Positions 37,501-51,900 of a stretch of 64,000 nt of DNA are shown here, in pieces (the stretch's first letter is position 1; every line of letters begins with the position of its first letter). A model generated the notes under the pieces. That model was not told where the DNA came from, made no database searches, and was given only the letters and a program-made list of their open reading frames with translations. The translations under genes and the position numbers were made by a program. Source of the stretch: Paraphysomonas bandaiensis (lineage: Eukaryota; Protista; Chrysophyceae); contig CBFFRP010000430.1 of assembly GCA_965644295.1 (NCBI GenBank), forward strand, positions 1 to 64,000. Reading direction: 5' to 3'.

Positions 37501-37612
37501 AACAAAATTATGTCCGCATCGCAATGGTTTCTGTAAAACTGCTGCCGAAAAGGGTACAAAGGCCTGTAACTATGCTCATAATGAGGAAGAACTACGCGTC
37601 GCACAGAAGTAG
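34562..37612 (+). CDS. IRE1-like transmembrane kinase/KEN endoribonuclease with C-terminal CCCH finger, multi-exon
   Basis: Signal peptide; luminal TSDGLLHAY..LWIYDTG and PSIDGRL; TM segment; ILGKGEFG, VAVK, HKNIVRF, DMG; KEN-type HPYLW..RLKFI, LIRFIRNKWVH, YFEDRFP; KTKLC..C..CNYAHNEEELR. Confidence 0.82.
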
Positions 37613-39883
37613 CAGTTGACTTTTATATATATATTAATTACACCGCCGATGTATATGATATCTGTCGTATACACACATACAATAAACTTACTTTTCAGCC
37701 TACTTTCAGAATAACGACAAGTAAAATTTAGGGTGATAGAGTAAGCGGACTTATAAATTTAAATTCGGCTAACATTGAACGACAAAACACGTATTAGATA
37801 GAAAAATGTATGATTGTTGAGATTTGATACAACCACGTTAGCCATGACATGAGTTGTAGATAGAGTTACTGGTTGCAGCATACGTCCTTTCTTCCTCCAG
37901 TCGATTTTATCATTGTATTGAGTAGTTTGCACTCTATTGTATTCGGCTTTGAACATTTTATTGGTTGATATCGTTAAAGAAAATGTTATGTCGTTAGACC
38001 AGATAGATGATTATTATTGCATAGTAAAACATATCATGTAAAACTTCTTTCATGTCAAGCTAACGTATTTTCTTGAGTCGTCATGATACTACAGATCAAC
38101 AATTGTAGCTATATAGTATTTTTGACTACATATTACAGTTTGTTCACATTGTATATAGTATATAGCGTATTCTAGAGTTCTATCTTAGAGAAACATATGT
38201 ACTCCAACACTCTCACTCAATGTACACCGGGTAATCGTCATTATACATTACAGTTATAAATTTATTCTGAGTCTATTCATACTATAGAATAAACGGATGT
38301 GAAATCTTCATAAAGATACTGTGAACCTCACGCTCGCTGTATCACAGTTATGTGGGATTCATACACACTGAAACACGCCCTGATCTCTCTTTGAGCGCTT
38401 CTTCTGGCTCTCCTCTACTTCATTTGAAGTACTTCTCTATTCCAAACAGTATCAACCCACATGATGGCCACGGACCTAGTGATACTTTATTTGAATATGC
38501 TTGGATCTTTTGTGGTATACTGGGCTGTCCATCATGATGAAGAGTGGAGTTGACTTCGTCCGCGCTGGCCTTAATTCGCGTAACACACTCCGGAGCCAAA
38601 TCAATTCTTGTTGCATGGCTGCATACTCAGTCCATATTCGGACTCCATGGATGTAGCTACCGTAGTTCTGTTCTGAACACCTTTTCAGCTTTCGAATGTA
38701 ACAATTCCATAATATTGGTCTCGCTGTTCAATTCATCACTCACATCAGTCTCGATTTGTTCATGATAGTCTTTGAGAGCGTCCTCTCTAGACTTGCCGAG
38801 GAATGTCACAGCTACTTGGCACCGTGCAATAAGAAAAGAGTAACAACACCTGCCTAAAACAATTAGGTCCACGCCATGAGACCTGGGACTCGTCTTCTTC
38901 GAAAGGTTGGGTGCAACCATCCAGAAAACATCTCTTTATAATGGCAAAAACGTGGTACATTCCCTCATGATTCAGCAGTACACATATCTCATGTCTGATA
39001 CAATGTAGGGGGATACAACGGTTGATATCCATCACATATACAGTACAATGTGTGAAATAGCTGAGCTCTCTGTGTGCTGAGGAGATAAAACAACTGACCA
39101 ATATGTAATATCTCATATATGTACAAATATACTATGCTTTTACTTCCATTGATATACATCTGCAATAATGCATCTGTATAAACATCACTAATCGTGCAGA
39201 GTGTGTATAGTGTGTAGTGTGTGCACACTCTATACATAGCACGCCCTCGTGATCCCAGATTGCTGCTTACTTTTTGTGCGTACATCAAATGTTTTTGATT
39301 TTCTATGCTGCGCTGAGAGAGTCCATACAACTGATCAGGCTGTATTTTATGTATGTTGTGGCCTATCTTTAAAGGTCAAAATCTATTTTTCAGTAATGTG
39401 GAATATTTTATTTCCGAAAATCGAGATGCTGACTGCCGATACGCTGATGAGTGGACAGGACTTTAAGAGGTGTGGATCCTCTGAATTTGGTATGCAAAGA
39501 CTCACTACAAAGCTAAAAAGTCGAGGCAATACCAAAACCTTCGGAAAAAGAGTTCAGAAGACTTTGTCGATATTTCTATAAGAAGAGTCGTTCTCCCTGA
39601 GCTTCGTGCTAAGTCGTTGCTCCTAAGGCTACTCCGCCTTATATTCATTCTGTGGGGATTATGTGAACATCAACAAGCACATCATGCAAGTTGGTAAATA
39701 CACGATCCCAAACGTGAAACACCAGTTAGATAAGAACATGGATATTAATCCAACTAACGCGTTTCATCAAATACCTTTGGCAGAGGAAACTTCCGAGTGG
39801 TTGTCTATTCAGACACCGTGCGGGCAATATGCTCCAAAGTTCATGTCCGAAGGTATCACTCCAGCTTCCGGTGTTTTACAAGA

Positions 39884-40355
39884 AAAATAGTTGATGAAAA
39901 TGCTTTAATTGACGATAACTGCAGTATATGAAAGAATAAATTAACCGCTTGCGTATCTTACAATCATAATTTCAAGTGTGTAGTAGACACTATATATATT
40001 ATATTATCTGATTATTTAGTAATTATAGGCTTGTAAAAATGTAAAACTAAACAGAAATCTACCTAGTACTTAATACTATCCTACTCTCTGACGCTACACG
40101 GAGACTGGTTGTGTGTCGCCGCAAGCACCAAGGTGCGACCACCTCCGCTGGGTAGACACTACATATTATATTTAACAACAGTCAAGTATTGAATTTGTAA
40201 CAAAACCTTTAAACAGAATTGACATCTCATAACTTCTCAACATTCATGCTGCTGTACTTCATTCCATCTTAAAAATATATATGTATACTCAACTAGAAAA
40301 CATTCATAAAAAGTATTTGAGAAGTTTTTCCCTCAAGTTTGTAAAAGGTTAGCTT
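39884..40355. mobile_element. 472-bp insertion in the Gypsy RT flanked by a 22-bp duplication
   Basis: cagct(t/a)ccggtgttttacaaga at 39862-39883 and 40356-40377. Contains cgcaagcaccaaggtgc(g/a)accac shared with 7363-7760. Confidence 0.7.
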
Positions 40356-40708
40356 CAGCTACCGGTGTTTTACAAGAGGTTGTCAAGGAGACTTTCAGTG
40401 AATTTTTCTGACCCGGGCTACAGTTATTTTCGACAACATTTGGATTCTAGCCAATGACCCTGTTGATGTTTATGAGAAGTTTGAGAGAACTATTGATAGG
40501 TGTATTGAAAGGAATTTGAAATTGAAAATGACTAAGAGCTGGTTAGGGTTTAGAAAAGGATTTCTTTGGATACGTTTGCAGACAGAAGTCATACGAAGTT
40601 AATCCTGAGAAAAAAGAAGCTCTAGGTAAACCCAATTACAGCCTATCGCGTTTATTTCGAAAACGTAGCTCAGGCTTAGAAATGGGCTACCACTGAGCAA
40701 GAGGCCTA

Positions 40709-41922
40709 TATTGAATGTCAGATTATTAAGAAGCGCAAGCTTTGCGTTGCCGCGACCAACCTAACAACTCGCGCGACACTATGCATAACATGACTCTCAT
40801 CTAGTTACTATTGCATGCACCGACAAGTAGTGCTCAACTATACAACACGATTTAGTTAGCTACATGGGCATACGACGAGTTGCGTGTTTAAGCCGGATCA
40901 TACGCTCCTGCCCAATCTACTTGTCCTAACACAAACAACTTGCGGTCGGTGTCTTCGGCATATGTCTCCTGTATATGCGGCAGATCTTTAGGGCCCTCTT
41001 CAAGGTGGTGTTCACAGCAGCAGGTAGTCTGGAAGGGAGAATAAAGTAGCTCTATAGCGCCGGGTCCTCCCACGGTCACGAAGCGGTCTCACTGGTGCAA
41101 TTTTGCACACTGACGCATGAAACAGACATCTACCAAAATCTGTTACAAATTCAAGCTGACTCCAATGTCTTCCCTCCATTGTGTGCACTCGTCCAGCACA
41201 TGCATCCACCTTGCACTCTTCTCCCGAGTGAGTTACACTAGTAGGAAACCGTGCACCTTCCCCGCTCGGATGAAAACCTACTAAGCAAGAATAACATAAA
41301 AGCACCACAAATGTACCTGACACTGCTTGGAGAACAGTGCCAGAGCCTTGATATAATCTCAATGACCTGGGTCAGGAGAAACCAAGACTAGGCAGTAGAC
41401 GTGTGAGAAGACATGACAGGTCTAATCACATCATTGCCATTGCCATGCATCCATGAGGAAAGTTTGACGCATTACCTCGGTCATTGGCCACACAGATACC
41501 AAATAATGTGAACTCATACTCAGCATCAATCACTCAAAGCAAACGCAGGGAGCAAGCAGAATGTTGATATACCTGACATCTGCTGACTTCAGGTTTTTTG
41601 AGTTCTTAAGGTGAACATCCCGGATGCTTAACTTCAGCAGGCAGCCCAATACCCCGGTTACCCTTCTGGTGGGCCCTGTCCCGGATGCCCTTGAGGTGGG
41701 CCCATTCCCGGATGCCTGTTTATTCGTCAGGGCCCAAAGACGTCTACACAAGTGACACTTTATAGAGTCCCTTGTACCGCACAAGCATTTGGCTATGAGT
41801 GGGCAGAACAATATATCTGCTGACTATATAATATGCGGCTCACGTTAGTTTCCCGGAGAAATATCTCCGGTACTTATCCCCCAGAACACCACGAAAAGGT
41901 GCGAATCCGACTTTGTTGAGGG
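40709..41922 (-). mobile_element. 1.2-kb retroposon, family copy 2, inserted in the Gypsy RNase H
   Basis: 14-bp TSD gagcaagag(g/a)ccta at 40695-40708 and 41923-41936. Same terminus (ctttgttgaggg) as copies 1 and 3. Confidence 0.8.
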
Positions 41923-42909
41923 GAGCAAGAGACCTACGAAATATTTTATAGCTTCAAACACGTAGCTTATTACTTGATAGGCAAGCAGCTATTGAGACAG
42001 ACCAGAAAAATTGGATGGAATCTTCTGATATCCCTAAAATAACACGGGGTAAAACCTTTCTACAGCCCTTCAATTTTAGCATACGTCACATTTCGGGAGC
42101 TAAAAATTGGTTAGCAGACTGGCTATCTAGAGAGAATCCTGTATCACCTGAGACGGCGTTGTCTGAGGTCCATATAGCGCGTGTTGGACACATAGGAGGA
42201 CGAACCACCTGGACTCGCTTGAACAAAGAGTTTCTACGTGCAAATCGGCATCTTTTTGGAATGAGATTATAGTTCAAAAAAGTATTCTAAAATCCAGCAA
42301 TAGAACTGAAGGCAACTATCTCGCAATAATTGGATGCTGGTTAATAATTGCAATTATTAATGTTGGATACTTGTCACCAATTCATTGTTACGCAAGGCTG
42401 ATTGTGACCACATGAGATTTAATGGATACGTTAACAATTAACAACAACCGTGAATTGAATTAGCCTCGAATCTCCGAGTAGCTTAGCGCTAACAGTTACG
42501 TTTGAACCAGGACGACGAACGACAACTATTTAAAAGTCAATTTAAAAGCTTGAATTCAACATAAAAAGCAAAACCAAGACAAATTACCAGATATCCAGAG
42601 TGGAGGGTTATTTGTGAAAATTAGTGAGGCGACGGTGCCGTAGAATATGACGACAACAACGAGAGCAAAAGTACAGCTTAGCAGCAGACACTAAGCACAT
42701 GACATGACACAAAACACTTAATTAAACTACAACTAGCAAACGTTCAGCTGTTGACAACAAAATAAAAGTGACAATACCAGCCAAAAACAGACAACAAGCT
42801 ATGAGTTAATCGTGTCACAATATACCAGTTGCCCTATACATGTACACTGAAAACAGTGGCATTTCTAATAATATCTCAGGGTAATATATACACACCATCT
42901 GCAGCTCGA

Positions 42910-45900
42910 CTAATACTCCTCCCCTTCCACTTCCTTACTTCCGAAGTACGTTTTCCATATCGCTATTTTCTTCATCACATCCTCTAATTCATTCTCAGCT
43001 TCAGCCTTTTCCCGAAGCCAGGATATCTCTAACCTCTTTTCGTATTGCTTCAACTCCGATGGCCTGATATTGTGATGAATTTTCTCTGATGGGTCTCTGG
43101 TTGCCAGAGCTTCTAATTCTTTGGTTAACTGAATCTGTCTGTGATAGAAGTAGCCCAATACCCAAGCGAATCTCTTCTCCAAGCGGTTTCGAAAACCTAC
43201 AAACCTATCAAGCGCTGGATTCGCTTTGGCTTCATCAGAAAGATGGAAATGACTTCCCTTGGTGTACTCTACAGTCAAATCCGTAAATTCATTCCAAAAC
43301 CGAGTTGCTTTAGAAGCACTTTCCTCCTTTACTTTTTTCAAACCAGCACGATACATGCCTTGGTTTCTGAGCGCCCAACAACGTGCATTGTAGAAATTTT
43401 CTAAACCAGGGTAAAGTTCACTCGCAAGCTCCTCATTCTCAACGAGTTGCGATATTGCTTCGTTTTCAATGACTTTTGCAGCGCATACATGCGTCCCAAA
43501 TACATTATCTTCTTTAAATTTTTGAGCCATTTGAGAGGTTTGATTCATTTGTGTCTTAGAATACTCCTCGGAGAAGAAATTACGCCAGTGCTTAGCGTAC
43601 TCCTCCCACTCCAATTCTGCAGCAGTACACATACCATTAAGGATTTTGAAGGCATTTAGAGCGGTTTCCTCTGGAAAACTGTTTTGGAATTCATTTGCTT
43701 TGCCCATATCTTTCTGGTCCTGGGCACTCTGCATTTCACTCGGGTGAAGTCGTGCCCAGCAAATAGCAGCAGCTCTAGATGCGAAATCGCTATCACCTGC
43801 TTCATCATCCACTAATTCCAACGCGATTGACGCTATATCAGGCTCATCAGCATATTGTTCTCCAAACTGAGTTGACATCAAAGCCTCAGCCTCAAGTATA
43901 TCGTCGACATGTTCTTTCGCCCATATAGCTCCTTGCTTCCTCGCCAACTCAGACATTCTCCAATTCACCTTCGACTGTATCGCCATCTTCGCACACTCTT
44001 CGGGGGGGCCCCATATTTCCTCCCACTGACCGCAAGCTTTTTCCGTCTCCATGCGATTAGCTTCGTCCTTCCATCGCTTCCACACCAACACATACAAAAA
44101 TTTTCTTGTGATACGCTTTCCGTCCATCATTGTCCACTGAGTAGTTTCCAGGGTTTCGTGATAAAGATCATTCAGTCTCAACACAATGTTTTCGACGCAA
44201 CTGTCCATAACTTTCTTTAGCTCCGTAATGGTGAGTTCTTTCTCGCCTGGGTCAATAGAATAACCCAAGCCTACGTCATTTTCAATATATCCTTGCTGTT
44301 GCAAGTACACCTCCTCCTCTATCCAATCTCGGATCTGTGGCTTTGGCATCTCCTCCGGCTCCTCCTCAGGGACATCCTCGCCTTTCGCAAGAAGGGACAA
44401 TTTAAGATTTAATTTCTCTTTAGCAATCAAATCTTCAACACCACCCAGTAATCTCTCCATTGCAGCCTCAACAGAGAGTCTGTCTCTCTCATTCTCAATT
44501 TTGCGTTCTAGCAACTCATAATAGTCCATATCCCTCACTTCTCTTTTCCCTAATTCGTAGCTGTCAGACACGAATTTTAGAAGGTCGTACGCATCAGCCA
44601 TCTTTTTCTGCAAAACTTGCAACTCAGACTGCTTTGTTGTCAATCCACGCTTGTAAATATCCAACTTCCCGCCCAACGCATTCTGCTCATGGTGGAGTTT
44701 ATTATGCATTGTCCGTAGTCTGTAGGCCGCATAGCGCTTAGCTTCTGTACTCGTCCGTTGCGGAAGCATATCACGTGCCGCCATCATATACGGGTAATTT
44801 GTTTTCACAAAATCAATTAGATATGGAGCAGCCACTCCCAAACTCTCAACATAGTAACTGTCCCTTCTGAACCTCGGATCAGCTAGTATGCGTGGCAAAT
44901 TTTGGTCTTTTTCTTCTGATTCATGTGCGTGCGCATACACGTCATACGATTCCATCATATGAACTAGCTTGCAGTCATACGTATGCCTCAAAGCCTCATC
45001 ATCACCATTCAAACTGTTAAATATATAATCTGAAATGAGCATCTGTTGAACCTTCCACTCTGTAGGCAAATCCAGCAAGAAAGACACAGCATCCATAATC
45101 TTTTTTAGGAAAGGGGGTGGAGATCGATAATTTTTTAACTTGAACCACTCGTCTTTGTCAACCTCTTTTAAAGCTTCACATGCAGCTCTGAACCTCTCTC
45201 GGCGTTCCAGCTGGTCATCGATCCAGAATTGCTCAGTTATTTGAGACTCTTCTTCTACGACATCCATACTCTGACGAAACTTCTTCATCAGAGCTACTTT
45301 CTCAGCTTCTATCTTTCTGGACTGCTTCATTACAGAATCGATATCTTTCTTAAATATTTCGATTTGGGACTTCTTTTCTCGTATTCGGGGCATTACAATA
45401 TCCAACGTCTCCCTCGCCTCACGCATTTTGTCATTTCCAGTTAATACACCTCCCTCAGTCCTGAGCTTCAAAAGAATTTTTTGAACTTCGGGGTGTTTGG
45501 TATCGATTCCCCTTGGAGCATCAGGCAGGTACCTCGTCAGCAACATCGCATACACACCGTCAAAAGCCTTCCTATCTTGCTCAAATAGTCTGATAAACTG
45601 CTTTGTCGATGCTGGGTTTATAGACTGCCCAATCCACTGTACAAAATTACCCATATTGTATTGACCCAAACAAACCTCATATGATGTCTCTGTAACATCG
45701 TCAACTTGAACAACTTTCTTAACGACATGGTCCCCATGCATCAGATCATCAACGAATTGACCAAAGTATTCAGTTCCTAATCGATCAATAAATATCCCAG
45801 TTCCGTGCCTCTTACCCATTTTAAATTCGCCTGTGTACTTGCTTCCATTGTTGTAGATCAGCTCTCCTTTACCATCGAAGTAGTCCGCTGAAAAGTTGCC

Positions 45901-48900
45901 TCGATATACGTCTCGCATTTTCGATATATATAACCCTTGTCCTTCTTGATGGTTGTGAGCAAAGCGGCCAATATAAGCACTTCCATTAGGCCACCACATT
46001 ATCCCATCTCCATGCCTCTTATCGTCATCAAAATTTCCCTCATATATCCACCCTTCACTTGATTTAAGCATCCCATGACCATATCGCTTCCCTACATGCC
46101 ACTCTCCTTCGTAAACAGAGCCATCACTGTAGTGGAATACACCGACACCGTGAAACTTTTCGTCGACAAAATTTCCTTCATACGTTTCACGAGTGAGAGG
46201 AAGAGTAAGTTTGAAGCAACCTTGAATATTTTCAGGGTCAAAATGATTGTCCACATTTACGCCTTCAAAGACTCTCCCATCAGCACAAGTAAATATCCCC
46301 CAGTGAGTAGAAGAGCGGACATTGGGATGTACCCTCCCCATCATGTCCACGGCACTTTCCTCTATGTAAGGTCCCTCATAGTAACTTCCACCAACATAGC
46401 GGATGGTAACTATCCCATCGCAGCGTCCTGATATAAATGTTCCTTTAATAGAACCGTATATAGTCCACCGACGACGACGAGTCTGAGTTCTTGGGTTGTA
46501 GGCTGGTAATGTCTTCAGAGGATATCGATCAGGAAACTCGATGACAACAACCGTTGGATTTGTCACTCGCTTAATATTAACAGATTTCCCCCTCTTGTTT
46601 GTGACCGCACACACGTACAACCCTTCAGTGACAATTATTACACAAAAACAAAAGATTACTCGGAACTCTACCTTCTCCGTCAAACATGTTCACATACTGC
46701 ATCCCCAATTTTACTTCATATCGAGCCATGCGAAGTTCTTTCAAAACGCCTTCGGCATTAGCCACCTGCTCTTCCATTCCTGGAAGCATCGCTAGCAATG
46801 CTTCATCAGTTGAGCTACGCATTTGAGCCATTGTCTCTCTATGTTTCGCTAACTCTTTCGCTTGCTTGGCTTCTGTATCTTTCAGCATTCCAAGTTCCTC
46901 GCAGTATTTACTTATCTAATAGATGAATAAGCCACATTTCATGTACATGAGATACACAAACCTCCTTGTAGTCAAAGTTATTCCCACAGTTCATGCATTT
47001 CACTTGGTACGCATTCTTTGGTGAATTTCTGCAAATGTTCTTACAAACAGTGCAACGATAGGACCGTGTACTGTTAGAAAGAGGACACAGCAGTGGAATG
47101 TTTATCACATTACTCGTTTCTCCTTTCAAAGCTTGGCCATTTTTATACCACTGAAATTTGGGAAGTGGCCATCCTTCAGCCTCGACTTTTAGCTCTACCA
47201 TTTTTGTCTCGCCAATCTTGGGACCAACAGGAAGTACAATGGAATCTGGCTGTTTCAATATTGTAGCAGACTCTGAAAATTTAAAAAAATAAAACAAACT
47301 CTGGTGCTTGATACTACTTACGTTCTCTTGCCCTTACAAAGCGGATCTGTCGAACTGAAATATTGTTTTCATCGCCGTAATTCTCCTCGAAACAAACTTT
47401 AAAGTACTTCGATATTTTCGACTTGAAGGGAAACTTGATCCAATGAAAGCCTTTTTTCCGAGGGAGTGGAATTTTCGAGTAAAGCATCACGTATTCCTTC
47501 GACTTTTTATCAAGGACAACACCAATACTAATGAATTTAGGTGAAGCCTCGTACGTACTCAACATGACCCATACAGCATCTATGGCCTCTTTAATAGGAA
47601 GTTCTACTCTAATCTCAGCCTTCGTTGTCGAATCAACGACCCACATGGTGTGAGATTGCCGGTCTAAACATAACTGCGGACTGTGCAATGGGAGAGATGG
47701 TGAGTGCTTGAGTACTCTTACATTTCTTATTGTGCGGATATCTAGTTCGGCCATTCTAGCACGCCACTGGCGAAACGCACATTGAATCATTACAATACTC
47801 TTTCTTTCCAGTCTCATGTGATTCACACGTAGTCTGGCCATATTGTAATAAAACAACGCTTGTATCACATATGCAGCTTGATGCTGTTTTTGGTTCCGTC
47901 GTCTAAATATACGTTGAAATTTAGCGATCGCTTCCGTTATTCGAATTAAGAAGTTTCTCTCATTACGAGCAATATATTGCCTTGCAAAGCATTGAATTGC
48001 AATGACAGCAAGATTAACTGATGCCCTCATATCAATGCCAGTGTCAATATGAATATACCCTTCGCGTGGAACAGAGGCGTACATATCAATCACCTCTTCG
48101 CGAGATAAATATTTCGGTACACTGGACGGAAATATCACATTGACAAAATCATCCCTCTCACGTAAAGATGATTTACTCATTTCCTCCTCCGCCGTCATCG
48201 CGGGGGGATATGCAAGAACGAAGACAAGCCCATATTTCACAGTCACTAATCTCATGTAGCGTATGGTTAAGAGCTTTCGAAATCCTCTTTCGGTAATACG
48301 CCGATTTCTTCTCAAGTAATACTCCGAGTCAATACCATACGTATCAATCCACGACGATACCGGCTCTGGTTCAGGCAGGTCAAATGAGAGTCGCCGAGAT
48401 AATGACTTAGATACTGAGCTAATTCCAGATGCAGTTGATCCATCGTCGCCATCACCCCCATCCATCGATTGACTGCCAACATTGTCAATTTCATTGTTTT
48501 TTCTTCGATCTGCACGAATAGAGGCAATCAAAGCAGCCCGTTTCTCAACTTTTAGCTGATCAACATATATTTTCGCTATCATCTTTCGTCCAATGCGCTG
48601 TATGGTAACAGCTGATTTATTCAGTAACTTTCTCCTTTCAATGCGCAGCCGCTTCAAAAGTTTTTCGGCATTATACATGCGCGCAATTGCCTGAATTCTA
48701 ACGGCGGCATCTCGTTCTCTTACTCGAATTTTGAAAATATTTCGAGCAATACGAATTCTCACACGCTTTTGTATTTTAAGAGCAGCTCGGAATCGTCGTA
48801 ATCGACGCTTAAATTCTTTACGAGCCAAGCGCCTCCTGCACGCACTTGTTATTTTCACTGCCACAGACTTGATATATTTCATCTTGACAGCTCTTTCTTC

Positions 48901-51900
48901 TGCCTTTTTCGTTGCCAACGTAAGAGCTGCCAACCGTCTAGCCCAGGCTTGTAGCTTCACAGCAGCTTCCTTCCGTGCCTGAATCCCAGCAATGTCATCA
49001 TCGTATGTCCTATCCGTCCACCTCATCTGGAGCTCAATTTCTCCTCTATCAAAACCTTCCTCTGCATTGATGTCTTCTCCCCTGAGCTGGTACGTTTTCT
49101 TGTGCCATTGACCGTCAGCGACCTCTTGTAATGATATTAAAATTTGTCCCAGAAAGTCATCTTCCCCAATGTAATCCTTATCTTTAACCACTATATTTAA
49201 GCCGGCATTTGGATTTGTAACGTCTATTTCAAATTTTTCGTTCCAGACTGGATTGAGATTTCCCCATATAACTGTAGTAGATAAGTTCTTTCCGTTGCAC
49301 GTTATTTCACAGAACGGGTCACTGGTGCTGATGTCAGCGGCATTCAAGTGACGTGCGCACAAAATCGTCAGATGTAGTACCTTGTCTTCTCGCGAAAATC
49401 CCCATCCGTCGAAAAACAACACGATTCCTTCCCCGTGAGGATAAAGGGGAGTAATGGAAGGAAGACCTTTCCATTCTCCTTGATACATCTGCACATTCGG
49501 AAACCTTACGTGTGGACTCCCATAAAATGAATTGAATTTGTACGTGCTTAGACCAGTCACAACACCAGATTTTTTGGAGAATTCTCTGATGCCCCTGCTC
49601 CCGCACATGTCTTTCAGTCTCAGCATACTCCTGTAAGAGTACCCACACATGACCTTGAAAAACATCATCATCTTTCTTGCTTTCGTTATCTTCTGCCATC
49701 CCACAATGAAAGGTTTTTTCCTGGGATCAATAGCAGCTTTTTCCAAAAACTTTATGCGTTGTTTGTATTTCTCCGCGCCCTCGAATCTTATGGCCGGACC
49801 AACTTTCCCTTTATACTTCAACGCTAGCAGTCGTGCGGACTGCACAGTATACCTCAATTCATCGAACAAAATATTATTCAACGGTCGAAGTCTAAGCTTT
49901 CCAGTGGCAAAGTAAGTCTGGGTTGTGAGAGTGTTCGTGCTTTGCATAAGAGATATAAGCGAGCGTTGTGCATCCGCACGCCGCATCCACATCTCAAAAC
50001 GACGCTTACTAACTCGTCGTCGGGCAGCATATCGACGATAAGCAAGCTGAATCTTCCAGGCAGCAGATATCCTCTCAATTGAGAATTCAGGCTCTTCACT
50101 TCCTGTAAACAACTCCTTCCTACGATTTTTCAGATATTTCGTTGTATCAGGCCTTTTCTCTATTCGATGTAAAGGCTGAGGTTTATCCATGTAGTAAGTT
50201 AGTCCATCTGTGGTCATATGTACAAACGTTTGACGGGGCATGTTATCTAGTTTGACTTCATAGAGGGGCTGACCAGGAACCGATATATCCACTCGAACAA
50301 TAACGCCAGTGTAACCATAGAACTTGTGCATGGGCTGGATGACCAGCACAGCATCATCTCTTCTTAAAGCGATGCCCTTCAAATTAAAATATTTTCTACG
50401 GGCATTTATTACCAAGACCTTATTTCCTTTGGTCTCTCGGTAGATATTACGCTCACGCTTCAATATTTCCAGAAAATCTTTAAAATCATTGTAAGTTTCG
50501 TACAGCAGCTCTTTTAGACGGTAATTGAAAGTTGTCGGTTCCAATCCAATTGTATCTAGGTATTTCGACAGCTCTAATTGAGCTGTTCGCTTCTTGTAAC
50601 CAAACAATCTCAACACGATTCCTCGTTGTCTTCTTGCTGCTTTATATCGATCCATGTGAACGCGATCTCTTCTGACCGCATCGAGCAGTAGACGCGCCAA
50701 TCTACCACGATAGTACCGCTGAATTGTAATAACATGACGGTCCCTCTCTCTCATCACTTTAAGAACGGCTACACGTTTTCTGGCTTGAACTCCCCTCACC
50801 AATGCTTGAATAGTCGTTGCGGCACGGTTTCGCATCAGCTCTTTCTGTGCAGCTGCCCGAATCTCACGTTCATATGCTTTTCTAATATCTAACATTTCGT
50901 TAAAAAATTTCTTTCCCCTATCACGTGCAATCACAACAGCAACGGCATTAGCAATTTCACGCCCTTTCCAACCACGAAAACATCTCTGAATTGCCACAGC
51001 ATTGGTATCGTGGTACATAACATATCTTGTTTCCGCCTCAGCTTCGCGCATTAGATTCAGTTCATCTTCTTGTTTCTTTCTTTCAGCAGCTACATACCGT
51101 TTTATCTTCAATTTCAGTCGCTTCAGAGCCAAGGCTCGACGTGCAAAATTCTGAAGAACCTGCGACGCCCATATAGCAGCGATCTTAAACTTTCTAAATT
51201 TCATTCTCTGGGTGAATCCTCGAGCAACAGCTTGAAACAGAGTGATTCTTCTAAATAACGTCTCCAGCCTTTCTTTCTTCCTGGCTTCTGCAGCTGCAAC
51301 TCTTTCGGCAGCCTCAGCTGCCGCCTTGGCAGCTAATTCCGGGTCTATAACCTCGGAGCCACCTTCATCCTGTACTTCGAGCTCAGGTATTTCTTCGTCC
51401 GCCCCAGCCAGAGCATCTAGATCGTTCGCTAACTGCTTCTTGAATTCAGTGGCTTCTTCTAGGTGCTGAAGGAGTCCTCGAAATCCTCTACTCTTCAGAC
51501 GCATCGTGTACTTACCCCACATGAATTCCTCTAAATTGCGAGAATGAACTGTTACGCGCCTCCAGCCGTGCATAACGAATGTTTTGTATTTTTTCTCACA
51601 TGTATAAGTCGCCAAGGCATTCATCATGTTCCAGTTCTTTCTGCCAACACAACCTTTCTTCAAGCGTACCATACACATTTGTAAATGGAAAAACCTTGCC
51701 TTCTTATATATAACTTTATAAAGCTTCTCCAAAAATATGTTTCGCCTAAAGTTTTGCAATCCAGTTCTATATGGTCGAACTTTGAGGAACTCAAGCAAAC
51801 TGATCAGGTTAGTTTTATCTTGAAGACGATTCGTCCGGTGTTTCTCCAATCGTCGACATCCAATCACTTTCCTCCACTTCATCAATCCTTGATCACCGCG

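Larger units (their letters stand above)
39590..42272 (+). mobile_element. Degenerate Ty3/Gypsy pol remnant (RT-RNaseH-integrase start) split by two insertions
   Basis: CGDYVNIN, NAFHQIPL, LSIQTPCG, EGITPASGVLQE, IFDNI, KWATTEQEAY, HISGAKNWLADWLSR, H..GHIG. No LTRs recognised. Confidence 0.85.
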
